From positions 3,658,001 to 3,722,000 of the forward strand of contig CM114271.1 of the NCBI GenBank assembly GCA_050084515.1: 64,000 bases of DNA. Direction: 5' to 3'. The position numbers were made by a program, and so were the translations under genes. Below are positions 62,551-64,000 of the stretch, piece by piece. This stretch comes from Blasia pusilla. Taxonomy: Eukaryota. The notes under the pieces are model-generated. The model was not told where the DNA came from. It was given only the letters and a program-made list of their open reading frames with translations, and made no database searches. Numbering within the stretch: position 1 is the first letter of the stretch; each line of letters starts with the position of its first letter.

Positions 62551-63564
62551 CGTTGCGACCCTCATAACCAAACGAGTGCCAAGCGGAACATCAAAACTCT
62601 AGCGGGCTCACACTAGGAGGGTTTGCGCGTTGGAGTGGTGTCTTGAGAGACGCAAAAGACACAAGAGATGAGACGAGAGAAAGGTCGAGTGTTTCATGCG
62701 TTTATAGTAACAACTAGGAAACCTGAACCAAACATCAACCAAGACTTGAGAGGAGACGAGTCTAGGAAGAGTGGCTGCCAAAGAGGTGAGAACCGGATTT
62801 GGAACGTGATTGTTATTTGGGGTTTTAACTATATTTTGGACCATTACTTTTAGTCCCAAGATGAATTTTGGACAAGTAAGGTGGCGTTGGAAAACTTATG
62901 AAAAATCACTTCCAATGCACTAAAGATCTTAGAAAATGCATAAGCACAGACTGAGAAATTGCCCAAAAACAACTATATGAGGAGTTTGGTTGAGGGATAA
63001 AAAGAGGGGCTTGAATGTCTCTTCCCCAAAAGTTAGGGGGAGGTGGAGAACCCTAGAAGTACTAGTAAGGGGGAAAGGTCTCTAAGAGTGCTTGGGACTC
63101 GCACCCCACTTTGGGGCGCCACGAGGTGAACCAAGGGCACAGAATGGATTGGGAGTTTGACGTTGGGATTCCAAACCCAAACCAAGTCAGATAAAGTGGA
63201 TTTCGGTGGCCACTATTGAATTCCAACCCGCCACTCATTTAAGTGGATCTTGGTTAGGGGTTTATGCGAAGTCCATTGGATAGTTGGGATCGCTAAGCGT
63301 GCGAACGCTGTTTTAAGTGTCTAGGCTATCCAAAAAGGATGTCCCAAGTCTCAGAAGACTTGCCCATGTTGGGAAGCTAGGAACAAGGAAGGTGGAGCTT
63401 GACACATGGACGAGTTGAGAACTCGGAGAGTTGGAAGGCTGATTGGCCTAGACCTGACTAATGTGAGTGTGTTTAGGTGCAAATTAATAGTAAAAGCGTG
63501 TCCTATTAAACGTACGCTTCCGCAATAATAGAGATTGACGTTTAAGGGAAGTAGGCGCATGACA
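62551..63564 (+). mobile_element. Solo LTR (~1 kb) of an unidentified LTR retrotransposon
   Basis: CGTTG (TGTTG in the 38227 copy)...GACA; flanks ATATA/CTATA as probable 5-bp TSD; two partial copies elsewhere in window. Confidence 0.7.
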
Positions 63565-63719
63565 CTATAAGTAGCATAATTATCATTATAATTGTGCAAT
63601 GACAAGCACATGATGGCATTATTTGCCTCGAAAGTTTGACAATGCCATATTGTGGTACTAGTTTAATTGTGGTAGTTACCATTATCTTCTTAACCAAAGC
63701 TCCATTTTAGATGCAACAA

Positions 63720-64000
63720 TCATACTATTAAGGGCTTTAGCCTTGGCTAAGAGGTTCCGTGTGAAGGCTCTCAATTTCTTAATTATTGTTTAATTTTCCC
63801 TATTCTTGGCTAAGATTTGAATAAAAAAAGGTTTTTAATAATTATTAATTAAAAAATGTTTTTTTAAAAATTTAAATTTAAAAATTGAATCTAAAAAAAC
63901 TATTTACCTCTTTTTCATTATCAGTTTCTTTATTCATTTTAGAAATTTAAACTTTTATTTCAAAATTTAGGAAAAAAACTAAAATTTTTAATTTCAAGTT
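63720..64000 (+). mobile_element. 5' part of Helitron-like family 2 copy (runs off window)
   Basis: A|TCATACTATT start and AAAAACTAAAATTTTTAATTTCAAGTT block shared with 58301-59037. Confidence 0.55.

Noticed and set aside
1-64000. CRISPR arrays, tRNA or rRNA genes
   Set aside because: No repeat-spacer array or recognisable structural RNA gene seen

Overview
Eukaryotic land-plant DNA, probably a non-seed plant such as a bryophyte (inferred from gene style only). A central gene island (~10.3-37 kb) holds an intronless ATL-type RING-H2 E3 ligase and a very large, multi-exon POK-like kinesin-12 gene (one 7.85-kb exon, MSA-rich promoter). Nested, degenerate transposons flank it: two Ty1/copia copies of one family, solo LTRs and small non-autonomous Helitrons. 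The standout is a Ty3/gypsy-type retroelement present twice (3050-8454 on +, 42578-51515 on -). Its polyprotein reads Gag(CCHC)-protease-[DNMT3-like C5 cytosine methyltransferase]-RT-RNase H-integrase-[PHD finger]. The more complete copy is bounded by ~127-bp INVERTED terminal repeats rather than direct LTRs, with no tRNA primer site and no visible target-site duplication. The same 127 bp also forms one end of a dispersed ~640-bp TG...CA unit. Both copies have stops and frameshifts, so activity cannot be shown here. All calls are by-eye motif and alignment reading; no searches were run.
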